DNA of 64,000 nucleotides from Candidatus Eiseniibacteriota bacterium (GTDB lineage Bacteria; Eisenbacteria; RBG-16-71-46): assembly GCA_963744995.1 (NCBI GenBank), contig CAVUWA010000002.1:384001-448000 (forward strand). The letters are read 5' to 3'. This document shows positions 28,880 to 38,393 of this stretch, piece by piece. Below the pieces are notes generated by a model. It saw only the letters and a program-made list of their open reading frames with translations. It had not been told where the DNA came from and ran no database searches. Position 1 is the stretch's first letter; every line of letters starts with the position of its first letter. A program made the position numbers and the translations under genes.

Positions 28880-29383
28880 CTACTGGACGTTCGAGGCCAC
28901 GCCCGCCGGCGCCACGCGCATACGGGCGCGCACGACCTGTTCGCCATTGGCGTCGAGGTCGCCGAGCGCCCAGCGCAGCGCGCGGTACTCCCGATAGGGC
29001 ACGAGCTGCTCGATTTCGTCGCCGTTCGGAAGGCGCACGAGGCGCTTGAGCGGAACGGGGGCGAAGGTCTTTCCGTCGAGGCTCGCCGTCACCCGCGCGG
29101 GCGCCGCGCTCCCCGGCACGTACTCCATGCCGGCGGGAACGGGCAGCGAGGCGAGCAGCTGGTGCGCGGTGGCGTCACCCTCGTTGAGGTAACGCGCGCG
29201 GTACTCGATGGTCTCGCCCGGCCGTACCTGCTCGGCCGCGGCGAGATGTTCGGCGCCGTGTGCGTCGGTGGTGACGCGCTGGGCCGTCATCGAAACCCTG
29301 ACGTCGCCGTCGGCGTGCGCAGGAGCGGCGAACGCGAAAGCGACGAGGGCGAGGACAGCGGGGGCAAAGCGATGCGGATGCAT
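28880..29383 (-). CDS. Small secreted single DUF11-like domain protein (first gene of the operon)
   Basis: GGGAGG RBS, signal peptide MHPHRF...PAHA|DG, VRPGETIEYRARYLN...LPVPAGMEYVPGSA...LRWALGDL. Confidence 0.8.
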   Translation of the reverse strand: MHPHRFAPAVLALVAFAFAAPAHADGDVRVSMTAQRVTTDAHGAEHLAAAEQVRPGETIEYRARYLNEGDATAHQLLASLPVPAGMEYVPGSAAPARVTASLDGKTFAPVPLKRLVRLPNGDEIEQLVPYREYRALRWALGDLDANGEQVVRARMRVAPAGVASNVQ

Positions 29384-29776
29384 GTCCGGATCCTCCCTGA
29401 CCTGGTCCATACGAACGTGACCGGATCCAGGCGCGGAAGCCGCAGCTCTCGCGCAAGGACCGCGAGGCGGGCACCGGATCGAACACCCGACGTCTCGGCG
29501 AGGGGCCTGAGCCGGGTCGGGTGCCTGCCAGGTCGAGGTATCGGAAGCAGTCGCTGGAGGATTTAGGGGATTCCGGTGCGCTCGCGGCGCGGGAGCGGTG
29601 TCGGGCCGGGTGGAGCCCGCCCGGATCGGCCGCCGGTGCTACAATCCCCGCTTCGCGGAACGCGCGGCCCGAGAGCCGCCCGATCGTCCGCGCCGGTTGA
29701 GAGGCCGGCCGCTCGCGCCGATGGCCGAGCGGCCCGGCGGTATTCCGGTCGCGGCGCACGTCATACCGGATCGATC

Positions 29777-31120
29777 ATGGCTGACCTTTCCATCGACTTC
29801 GCGGGCATCAAGAGTCCCAACCCCTTCTGGCTGGCGAGCGCGCCGCCCACCAATTCCGGCGACCAGGTCATGCGAGCGTTCGACATGGGCTGGGGCGGCG
29901 CGGTGTGGAAGACGCTCGGCGATCCGATCATCGACACCTCGAGCCGCTTCGGCTCGCTCGACGTCGGCAACCAGCGCATGGTGGGGTTCAACAATATCGA
30001 GCTCATCACCGACCGGCCGCTCGAGGTGAACCTGCGCGAGATCCGCGAGGTGAAGAAGCGCTACCCCGACCGCGCCGTGATCGTCTCGCTGATGGTCGAG
30101 TCGAAGGCGGACTGGAAGGAGATCATCAAGCGCACGATCGACACCGGTTGCGACGGGCTCGAACTCAACTTCGGCTGCCCGCACGGCATGTGCGAGCGGG
30201 GCATGGGCTCGGCCGTGGGCCAGGAGCCGAAAGTGCTCACCACCGTCGCCGGCTGGGTGGTCGAGTACTCGACGGTTCCGGTGCTGGTCAAGCTGACGCC
30301 CAACGTCGGCGACATCCTCGAGCCCGGCCTCGCCGCGGTCGAGGCGAGGGTGCACGGCCTCTCGCTGATCAACACGATCAAGAGCCTGATCGGCGTGGAC
30401 CTCGAGCGCTTCGTACCCTACCCGGTCGTCGGGCAGCGCTCGACCAACGGCGGCTACTGCGGGCCGGCGGTGAAGCCGATCGCGCTGCACATGGTGGCGG
30501 CGCTGGCGCGCGACCCGCGGATCGGCGTGCCGATCTCGGGTATCGGCGGCATCGGCACCTGGCGCGACGCGGCGGAGTTCATCGCGCTGGGTTCGACCAG
30601 CGTGCAGGTCTGCACCGCCGTGATGCACTATGGCTTCCGGATCGTGGAGGACATGATCGAGGGGCTCTCCAACTACCTCGACGATCACGGCATGAAGTCG
30701 GTCACCGACCTGCGCGGTCGCGCGTTGCCCGCGTTCACCGAATGGGGTGACCTCGACCTCCATTACAAGGTCGTCGCGGAGGTCGACGCCGACAAGTGCA
30801 TCGGCTGCGATCTGTGCTACGTCGCGTGCCGTGACACCGCGGTGAACTGCATTCACACGGCTGCAGAGCCGTTGAAGGAGGGCCACCTGGCGCCCACGCG
30901 CGAAGCCGCGATGGCGGCGGCGAAGGCGAAGGACGCCCACGTGGTCTGGGTGGACGAGACGGAGTGCATCGGCTGCAACCTGTGTTCGGCGGTGTGCCCC
31001 GTGCACGACTGCATCACGATGAAGGACGTCACGAACGGGCGGCCGTTCGAATCGTGGAACGACCGGATCGCGAAGGGCACCGCCCACGTGCCGGGCGGGC
31101 TCCACGATCCGGTGAGCTGA
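29777..31120 (+). CDS. preA: NAD-dependent dihydropyrimidine dehydrogenase subunit PreA
   Basis: MADLSIDFAGIKSPNPFWLASAPPT, NNIELITDRP, ELNFGCPHGM, KLTPN, GGYCGPAVKPIAL, and two C-terminal CIGCxxCxxxC ferredoxin motifs. Confidence 0.95.
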   Translation: MADLSIDFAGIKSPNPFWLASAPPTNSGDQVMRAFDMGWGGAVWKTLGDPIIDTSSRFGSLDVGNQRMVGFNNIELITDRPLEVNLREIREVKKRYPDRAVIVSLMVESKADWKEIIKRTIDTGCDGLELNFGCPHGMCERGMGSAVGQEPKVLTTVAGWVVEYSTVPVLVKLTPNVGDILEPGLAAVEARVHGLSLINTIKSLIGVDLERFVPYPVVGQRSTNGGYCGPAVKPIALHMVAALARDPRIGVPISGIGGIGTWRDAAEFIALGSTSVQVCTAVMHYGFRIVEDMIEGLSNYLDDHGMKSVTDLRGRALPAFTEWGDLDLHYKVVAEVDADKCIGCDLCYVACRDTAVNCIHTAAEPLKEGHLAPTREAAMAAAKAKDAHVVWVDETECIGCNLCSAVCPVHDCITMKDVTNGRPFESWNDRIAKGTAHVPGGLHDPVS

Positions 31121-31173
31121 ACTCGAACGCGACGCCGGCCGCGATACGGCGCCGGCGGAGCGGAATACAACAG

Positions 31174-32382
31174 ATGAGCGAACCCCTCGGACTGCAGGCG
31201 ATTCAGGTCCGGCCCGGGCATCCGGACTTTCTCGATCTGCCCTGGACCGATGCCCTGGAGACGTGGCGCGGCGTCACCGGGCGCTTCGTCGAGCTCGAGC
31301 GCGGGCTGTCACGACACGAAGTCGCATTCGTCGGCTACGACCACGGCACCTACGCGCTCAAGGCGATGTCCGAGCGGATCGTGCTCAAGGAGTACGCGAC
31401 GCTGCGCGCCCTCGAGGACGACCGGCTGCCTTCGGTGGAAGCCGTCGGCCACGCGCGCGTGCTGCCGAAGGGCGCCGAAGAGCCGGCCGGCATCCTGATC
31501 ACCCGCTACCTCGACCACTCGCTGCCCTACCGCACGCTGTTCCGCACCTCGGGTCTTGCGCGCTACCGCAGCCGGCTGCTCGACGCGATGGCGAGCCTGC
31601 TCGTACGCCTGCACCTGGCCGGCGTCTACTGGGGCGACTGTTCGCTGTCGAACACGCTGTTCCGGCGCGACGCGGGGGAACTGCAGGCGTTCCTCGTGGA
31701 TGCAGAGACCTCGGCCGTGCACGACGAGCTGAGCGAGGGTCAGCGGCGCCAGGACCTCATGATCATGGAGGAGAACGTCTACGGCGAGTTGTCCGATCTG
31801 TCGGCGGCCGCCGGCTCGCTGCCGCACGGGATCGTGATCCAGGACATGGGCCGGGTGATCCGCGACCGTTACGAGCGGCTGTGGGAGGAGATCACCCGCG
31901 AGGATTCGATCGCGCCGACCGAGGGCTGGCGGATCCACGAGCGCATCCGCGCGCTGAACGGGCTCGGCTTCTCGGTGGGCGAGGTGAGCCTCGTCGCGAC
32001 CGACGACGGCCACCGGCTGCGCATGCGCACCATCGTCACCGACCGCGACTACCACCGGCACCATCTCCACAGCCTCACCGGGATCGTCGCCGGCGATCGT
32101 CAGGCCGCGCTGATGCTGAACGAGATCCACGAGATGCAGGCCACGTTGGGTGAGAAGCTCGGCCGCCGCCTGCCGATCGCGATGGCCGCGCATCGCTGGC
32201 TCGAGGAACGCTACCGGCCGACGGTCGAACGGCTCGCCGCCCTGCGCGACCGCGTCGGCGACCTGCCGGAGCTCTACTGCCAGGTGCTCGAGCACAAGTG
32301 GTACCTGTCCGAGCGGGCGCGCGCGGACGTCGGGCTCGAGAAGGCGATCGAGGATTATGTGATGAGGTTTCAGAGCGTTTGA
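31174..32382 (+). CDS. DUF4032-containing lipopolysaccharide-kinase-like protein
   Basis: HPDFLDLPW, GLSRH.V.F, LITRYL..SLPYR, LHLAGVYWGDCSLSNTLFRRDAG, LVDAET, C-terminal VLEHKWYLSE. Confidence 0.85.
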   Translation: MSEPLGLQAIQVRPGHPDFLDLPWTDALETWRGVTGRFVELERGLSRHEVAFVGYDHGTYALKAMSERIVLKEYATLRALEDDRLPSVEAVGHARVLPKGAEEPAGILITRYLDHSLPYRTLFRTSGLARYRSRLLDAMASLLVRLHLAGVYWGDCSLSNTLFRRDAGELQAFLVDAETSAVHDELSEGQRRQDLMIMEENVYGELSDLSAAAGSLPHGIVIQDMGRVIRDRYERLWEEITREDSIAPTEGWRIHERIRALNGLGFSVGEVSLVATDDGHRLRMRTIVTDRDYHRHHLHSLTGIVAGDRQAALMLNEIHEMQATLGEKLGRRLPIAMAAHRWLEERYRPTVERLAALRDRVGDLPELYCQVLEHKWYLSERARADVGLEKAIEDYVMRFQSV

Positions 32383-32396
32383 AGGGGGGCTGAACG

Positions 32397-33038
32397 ATGG
32401 ACGAGACGCCGCATCCGCTGCAGCCGTCCGATCCACCGGCGCCGCAGAAGGAACTCGAATCCACCGCGATCCTGATCAAGCTCGCACAGAATGGCGATCG
32501 GGCTGCGGAGAACCGGCTGATTGCCCGGTTCTACCCGCGATTGCGAGCCATCGCGCATGGCCAGTTGCCTCCCTATCAGCGTGATCTCAGGGACACCGAT
32601 GATCTCGTACAGGAGACGTTCTGCAAGGCATTGAGGAACATGGGGAGATTCGAGAACCGGCGCGTGGGCGCCTTCCTCGCCTACCTCAGACAGATCCTGC
32701 TCAACGAGATCAGGCAGGAAGTCCGCCGCAAGAACAGGCGCCCCGCCAAAGAAGCCCTTCACGACGGGCATGTCGACATGGCGAAGGGCCCCGATCTCGT
32801 AACCGCGGAGCGGGAGATGATTCAGCGGTTCGAACGGGCGCTCGACTCACTCGACGACGAAGATCAGCGCCAGGCGGTGATCCTGAGGATCGGGTTCGGC
32901 TTCAGCTACGAGGAAATCGCGCAGGATCTTGGCCGGGTGTCCGCCGGGGCGGCTCGGCAGCTCATCTCCAGGGGGATCGCGAAGATCGCACTCAGCATGA
33001 GCCGCGGCGGCGGCGGAGGAAGGAATCTCGATGCGTGA
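32397..33038 (+). CDS. ECF RNA polymerase sigma factor (Ser/Thr-kinase-associated)
   Basis: Region 2 AQNGDRAA...DTDDLVQETF...AFLAYLRQI; region 4 AVILR...SYEEIAQDLG. Overlaps the downstream kinase gene. Confidence 0.88.
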   Translation: MDETPHPLQPSDPPAPQKELESTAILIKLAQNGDRAAENRLIARFYPRLRAIAHGQLPPYQRDLRDTDDLVQETFCKALRNMGRFENRRVGAFLAYLRQILLNEIRQEVRRKNRRPAKEALHDGHVDMAKGPDLVTAEREMIQRFERALDSLDDEDQRQAVILRIGFGFSYEEIAQDLGRVSAGAARQLISRGIAKIALSMSRGGGGGRNLDA

Positions 33039-34113
33039 TGATTCCGAGGATCCCGAGAAGGATCCACTGGTGCGAGTCGCGGCCATGGTGGCGGACGGCG
33101 AATTTGTCGACTGGGCGGCCGAGGCAGAACGAACTCCGGATCTCGAGCCCGAAATGCGGGGGCTGCGCTGGGTGGAGGCCATCACCATCGCGCGAGAGGT
33201 TGCCGTCCGCAAACAGGCGGGACCCTCGCGGTCCGTCCGGCGAACGGCGAGCGCGCGGGATGCTCCCCGCGAGGCGGCGAGTAACAGCGCGGACGCTGCG
33301 CCGCAGCTCGCTCCAGGGGCCCGGTGGGGCAGGCTGGAAGTCATCGAGCGGATCGGACATGGACAGGCCGGGGACGTCTATCGCGCCTTCGATTCTGAAT
33401 TGGGGCGCACAGTGGCACTGAAGATCTGGCGCGAGCGAGCCGGCTATCGCACGACGGGGACCGAAGCGAGAAGGCTGGGAAGGGTCCGGCATCCGGTGGT
33501 TCTCACTGTGCTTGGTCACGAACGCCACGATGGTCTTGCCGGCATGTGGACGGACTTCCTCGATGGCAGCAGCCTGGAGCAGCGACTCCAGGCGCACGGC
33601 CCGGTGGGGGTCGAAGAGGCATGCCGAATAGGCATCGCGCTATGCGAGGCACTCGAAGCGATTCACGCCGCCGGGATGGTGCATCGCGACATCAAGGCGT
33701 CGAACGTGATGCAGCTGGCCGATGGTTCCGTCGTCCTCATCGACTTCAGCTCCGTGAAGGAACTTCCTCGAGGGGTGCCTGAGAACACGGCCCACCTCAG
33801 GGGAACCCCTCTCGCCACTGCTCCAGAACTCCTGCGCGGCGAGCCGGTTGGGCCGTCGGCCGACATCTATTCGATGGGAACGCTGCTCTACCGGCTGATC
33901 ACCGGTGCGTACCCTTTCGATGCAAGCACATTTGCAGAGCTGGTGGAGAAGGTGGAGCGTCGCTCGAGGGTGCCTCTGTCGACTCGGTGCCCGGATTGCG
34001 ATCCGGGATTCGTCGAACTCGTCGAGCGCGCGTTGGCCGACAATCCGGCCGATCGACCTGCGGGCGCTGCGGCCATGCGCGAAGCGCTCGACGCGGTGCT
34101 GGCCACGATGTAA
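33031..34113 (+). CDS. Hanks-type Ser/Thr protein kinase lacking a C-terminal sensor region
   Basis: GHGQAGDVY, VALK, HRDIKASNV, DFS (for DFG), APE, DIYSMG. Confidence 0.88.
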   Translation: MRDDSEDPEKDPLVRVAAMVADGEFVDWAAEAERTPDLEPEMRGLRWVEAITIAREVAVRKQAGPSRSVRRTASARDAPREAASNSADAAPQLAPGARWGRLEVIERIGHGQAGDVYRAFDSELGRTVALKIWRERAGYRTTGTEARRLGRVRHPVVLTVLGHERHDGLAGMWTDFLDGSSLEQRLQAHGPVGVEEACRIGIALCEALEAIHAAGMVHRDIKASNVMQLADGSVVLIDFSSVKELPRGVPENTAHLRGTPLATAPELLRGEPVGPSADIYSMGTLLYRLITGAYPFDASTFAELVEKVERRSRVPLSTRCPDCDPGFVELVERALADNPADRPAGAAAMREALDAVLATM

Positions 34114-34152
34114 GGAAGGGATCGCTCGTCACCGTCAGCTCTCGCCGTCCGA

Positions 34153-36717
34153 TCATGGGGCCGGAGCGTATTCCGCCGGCAGTTTGCGATCGTAGGATTC
34201 AGAGGCCAGCAGGATCGGCCTCAGCGCGGGATCCGCTTTCATCGCCTCGAATTCGCTCGCAAGAGTGCGTCGCATGACGATCGGGAGTCCAACGGCGTGG
34301 GCAGTGAGCAATAGTCCATTCTCGGGGCCGAGCGCTTGGAACAGACGGACCACCGCCCGGTGGCTCTTCGGCCCCGCGTAGAGCGCGGCGGCGAGAATCG
34401 CCGACGGGTCGATGCCGGGCCTTCCGGCTCCGAGTGAACCGAGAATGTAGCGGGCTTCGGATTCGACCCTGTCCTCGTCGTGCAGCGCCGAGTACAGACC
34501 GAGCAGGATCGACCGGAGCCGCAGATTGTCCTCCGCCGCAAGCTTTCTGCGCTCTCCAATCTCGACGGCGTCTTCAAACACCTTGCGCGCGGTCAATTCG
34601 TCGCCGTGCGCCCTGAAGTGGTAGCCGGCGTAAAGGGAAACGTATAGCTGGGAGTCGTCGCCGAACAACTCGATGGCGCGCCTGAACAGCGCCGATGCCC
34701 GCCGCCAGTCGCCGAGATCTTCCCAGGCGGCGGCATCCCATACATAGATTTCCGGATCCTCGCCAAAGCGGCTCAGGAAGGCTTCTGCCGCTTGCGTGGT
34801 TTCAGTGGATCGGCCGGCCCAGGCATTTGCCACGACACGGATCCAGGCGATCTCGTCACTCTCGGAGTCAATGCGACCCGCCTGCTCGACGAGTGGAACG
34901 GCCAGGTCGGGCATGCCACTGAGAAGATAGGCCCAGGCAGGAACCGTGAGGGCGTCGATCGGATTGCTCAACCGCTGCGACGCCTGCCGCCCGAGCACCA
35001 GAGCCGAATCACGCTCTCCTCGCTCGTAGAAGACCAGAATGCGGCCGCGCAGGGCGCCACCTTCGTCGGGATTGATCGCCAGAGCCTGCCTGAATTGCGC
35101 ATCGGCGATACTGAGGTTGATGGCGGGGGCTTTCCCGCGGAAGTACCTGTCGTAGTAGATGGCGCCGATTCCCACATAGGCCTGAGCCAATCCTGGATCG
35201 AGGCTCAAGGCCTGCTCGTACCAATTCAGGGCTGTATCGCGATCGCCGCGCTGATGCGCTTCCTGAGCTCGCATGAGCGCCTCGAGCGCGCCATTGTTCT
35301 TGGACGGCGCCGTGGCGACACGAGCGGCCTCCGTGGGGGTGAGGCGGGACTTCAAGTGGCGGGATACCACCGAGACCAGATCGACCACGGCATGGTTGTA
35401 GCTGTCGGAGTGGATCGGCGGGATGTGTTCACGTTTCCCGTCTCGCGTCACGAGGTCGACGTGCACATCGACCTGTCCGCCGTTCACATTGAAGCCGCCT
35501 TCGATCACCGCTTCGACACCCAGCTGGTTTGCGATGTCTTCGGCGTCATCCCCTGCGTAGAGCTTCTGGCGGTAGGGAAGGACGAGCAGTCCATCGAGCG
35601 CCGCCAGACCTTCTGCCAGCTTTGCTCCCAGGCCATGTCCGAAGAAGTCGAAGCCCGGAAGCAGGCTTTCGTTGTACAGCGGAATGACGGCGATGGACTT
35701 CACCTTGGGCGGGGCGGGCGCCTGTGGGCGAAAGGCGTAGACGCCGGCCGCAAGACCGCTGATGGACGCGACCGAAATCAACGTCATGGTAGCGAGCCTG
35801 CGAATGCGGCTCGGTGGCAGAGTCGCGGCCCTTCGCCAGAATCGTTCCATACCGCGCACGACGGTTCCTTCCGGCGCTGTCTCAGCCCTCTTCTCCGAGA
35901 TCGGCAACTTTTCACTGGAGCGCAGAGTGTGGAGCTCCTGAGCGAACTGCTGCGAGGAAAGCCGCAACCGCGGATTCTTCTCCATCCCACGGGTGACAAT
36001 GCGGTCGAGCTCGAGCGGCAGGCCAGGGCGCTGGAAGCTCGGTGGCGCGGGATCTTCGTTGAGAATCAGATAGAAGAGGCCTTCCAACGTCTCCGACTGA
36101 AACGGTCGGCCTCCCGTCAGCAGTTCGTACAGGACGACGGCGAGGCCGTACGTATCCAGTGACGGGGTGGCGCGTGCCCGCCGGATCTTTTCGGGGGCGA
36201 CGTACGGCCATGTCGCCTTCTCCGAACCCATCGTCGTCCAGCGTGGCGACTCGTGCTCGATGGCCATCCCAAAATCGACCAGCTTCGCGCGGCCGTCACG
36301 GGCCACCATGACGTTGTTGCTGCTGATGTCACGGTGGATCACCCCTTCGCCGTGGGCGTATTCGAGTGCCCGAGCGGCCTGGATCACGATGTCGAGAGCG
36401 ACCTCGACGTCTACGGGGCCACGGGCGACCATCTCGGCGATGGTCTCCCCGTCGACGAACTCGGAAACCAGAAATGGTGGATCGCAATCGAAATCCGCAT
36501 CGAAGACGGTGGCAATTCCGGGATGCGACAGGCGCGCAGCAAGGCGGGCACCGCGCTCGAATCGATCGCGCTCCGTCGTCTGCACCAGCTCGGGAGGAAG
36601 GGTCTTGATGGCGACGACGGTTTCCAGCGCGGGATGTTCTCCGAGCCAGACCTTGCCGTTGGGCCCTTCGCCGAGAAGGCGGATGATCCGATATCCACCA
36701 ATCAGTTGACCGAGCAT
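34153..36717 (-). CDS. Ser/Thr kinase with TM segment, TolB-N/FlgO-like domain and TPR repeats
   Basis: GGYRIIRLLGEG, VAIK, HRDISSNNV, DFG, APE; TM helix; SIAVIPL.N; TPRs (YEQALSLDPGLAQAY). Confidence 0.88.
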   Translation of the reverse strand: MLGQLIGGYRIIRLLGEGPNGKVWLGEHPALETVVAIKTLPPELVQTTERDRFERGARLAARLSHPGIATVFDADFDCDPPFLVSEFVDGETIAEMVARGPVDVEVALDIVIQAARALEYAHGEGVIHRDISSNNVMVARDGRAKLVDFGMAIEHESPRWTTMGSEKATWPYVAPEKIRRARATPSLDTYGLAVVLYELLTGGRPFQSETLEGLFYLILNEDPAPPSFQRPGLPLELDRIVTRGMEKNPRLRLSSQQFAQELHTLRSSEKLPISEKRAETAPEGTVVRGMERFWRRAATLPPSRIRRLATMTLISVASISGLAAGVYAFRPQAPAPPKVKSIAVIPLYNESLLPGFDFFGHGLGAKLAEGLAALDGLLVLPYRQKLYAGDDAEDIANQLGVEAVIEGGFNVNGGQVDVHVDLVTRDGKREHIPPIHSDSYNHAVVDLVSVVSRHLKSRLTPTEAARVATAPSKNNGALEALMRAQEAHQRGDRDTALNWYEQALSLDPGLAQAYVGIGAIYYDRYFRGKAPAINLSIADAQFRQALAINPDEGGALRGRILVFYERGERDSALVLGRQASQRLSNPIDALTVPAWAYLLSGMPDLAVPLVEQAGRIDSESDEIAWIRVVANAWAGRSTETTQAAEAFLSRFGEDPEIYVWDAAAWEDLGDWRRASALFRRAIELFGDDSQLYVSLYAGYHFRAHGDELTARKVFEDAVEIGERRKLAAEDNLRLRSILLGLYSALHDEDRVESEARYILGSLGAGRPGIDPSAILAAALYAGPKSHRAVVRLFQALGPENGLLLTAHAVGLPIVMRRTLASEFEAMKADPALRPILLASESYDRKLPAEYAPAP

Positions 36718-36911
36718 GTGCGGCCTCACCGTGGCTGAGCCGGAATTCGATCTTCAGGAGAGACCCTATAGGCAAATCGGGCCACCCGCAGCACAAATGC
36801 ACCCCCGGGCGTGCAGTTTTACATCGCCGGGCATTCCCTCTTTGTTGGATAATGCTGATCCAGCACGAAGCGCTCGCGAAGGCCGTCCGTCCGTTCTCCC
36901 ACGGGGGCAAC

Positions 36912-37420
36912 ATGTTCGCACGCTCGATGTTCCTCGGCTTGCTGCTGACCATTCTCGCGTGGGCGGGGCCCGCTTCGGCATGCGGCGACAAGTTCCTCGT
37001 CCGCCTCGACCGCGATCCGCGCGGCAGCACCCTGCCGATCGCGATGGCTCGACGATCGGCGCGCATTCTCGTGTATCGGCCTGCAAACATGCCGAGGGAT
37101 CCCCTGAAGAACGCGACATGGCGACTCTGGCCCGCGTCGGCCACCAGGTCCAGCTGTGCGATTCGGCGATGCGCTGCGCGGAGGCCTTGAAATCGGGAAG
37201 TTTTCAGATCGTCCTTGCGGACTACCGTGACCTGGAGGCGATGCACATCGACGAGCAGGCGACGCACACACGTCTGATTCCCGTGGTGACCGCGGTCTCC
37301 CGGACCGAATACCGGCGCATCAAGGACCAGTTCGGCGTGGTGTTCGATTCGGAGGCGCCCGTCGGCAAGCTGCTGGCCATCGTGGATCACCTCACGGCCG
37401 GCGCCGGGGACCGGCGATGA
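36912..37420 (+). CDS. Secreted 'ACGDKFL' protein with a receiver-like alpha/beta fold; frameshifted near 37112
   Basis: Signal peptide ...GPASA|CGDKFLV...ARILVY. Sequence continues in the -1 frame as DMATLARVGHQV...FQIVLADY...LIPVV; its stop overlaps the next ATG. Confidence 0.55.
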
Positions 37421-38375
37421 ACCGCGCGACGGTCGCGAGGTGGGGAATCATACTCTGCGCGATATCCGCATTGGGATCGGGGCCGTGCACGTGCGGCAAG
37501 GAACACAATGACAAGGTGCTCGATCCGGGCACCGGCGTCGAACTCGTGACGATTTCGGGTGTCGTCATCAATATCGACATCGGTGCCGTTGCGCCGGGAG
37601 TGCGGGTGAAACTTAGGGGAACTTCATATGCGTCGATGATCGAGACGGGTGGTGACGGGGCTTACAGCATTGACGTTCCCAAGGGCGCGAACTGCTGCTC
37701 GAGACGGACGACTTCGATCCCGGCACGGATGCATGGTTTCCGCTCATCAACGTCGACATGCCGCGGATCAACGTCGATGACCTGTCCGACGCGGACAGGG
37801 CGTTCTGGCCGATTCACGCCTGTCCTCAGTCGCATGCGCCCGCGCATGGCAGCATCGCGGTCTGGGATCAGTATCTGGAAAGCGCCGACGACCAGCTGAA
37901 CGGGGATCTGTTCGCTTCCCAATCCTCCGCGAGCTCGGGGGGCATCATCGCTGTCATCGTCGCGGGCTGCGAAGCGGGCGACACGACGTTTTACGACAGC
38001 GTTCGCGTGACGTCCGACAGCCCCGACTGCCCCATGGCTGCCATGGATGCCAACTGTTTCGCCAAGCTGGATCCGTCGGGCGCGCCGTCATGCATGCATC
38101 CGGGAGGTCTCACCGACCCCTCGGGCGTCGTGATTGGCGTGTGTGACTCCGCTTCCACCGACACCACGGTCCTGCTCACCTTCCAGGACTTGAAGGCTGG
38201 CCGGAGTCTGATGTGGCCGCCCTTCGAAGTGCCCGTGGCCCACGGCACGATTTCCGTGGTATGGGCGGCCGCAATCGGAGGTGTCGCCGGGGCGCATTTC
38301 AAGGAAACCGCGGCGTGCGCAGGGCTCTTCGGCCCCGAGCCCCACGGTGCGCTGCGGGCCCGTGCTGCGCGCTAA
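37417..38375 (+). CDS. Cys-rich exported protein/lipoprotein with an N-terminal carboxypeptidase-regulatory-like domain; frameshifted near 37690
   Basis: TISGVV...PGVRVKL...TGGDGAYSIDVPKGA. Continues in the -1 frame as ELLLETDDFDPGTDAWFPLINVDMPR to the stop at 38375. Confidence 0.55.
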
Positions 38376-38393
38376 TCGCAGCCCGCGGCCGTG

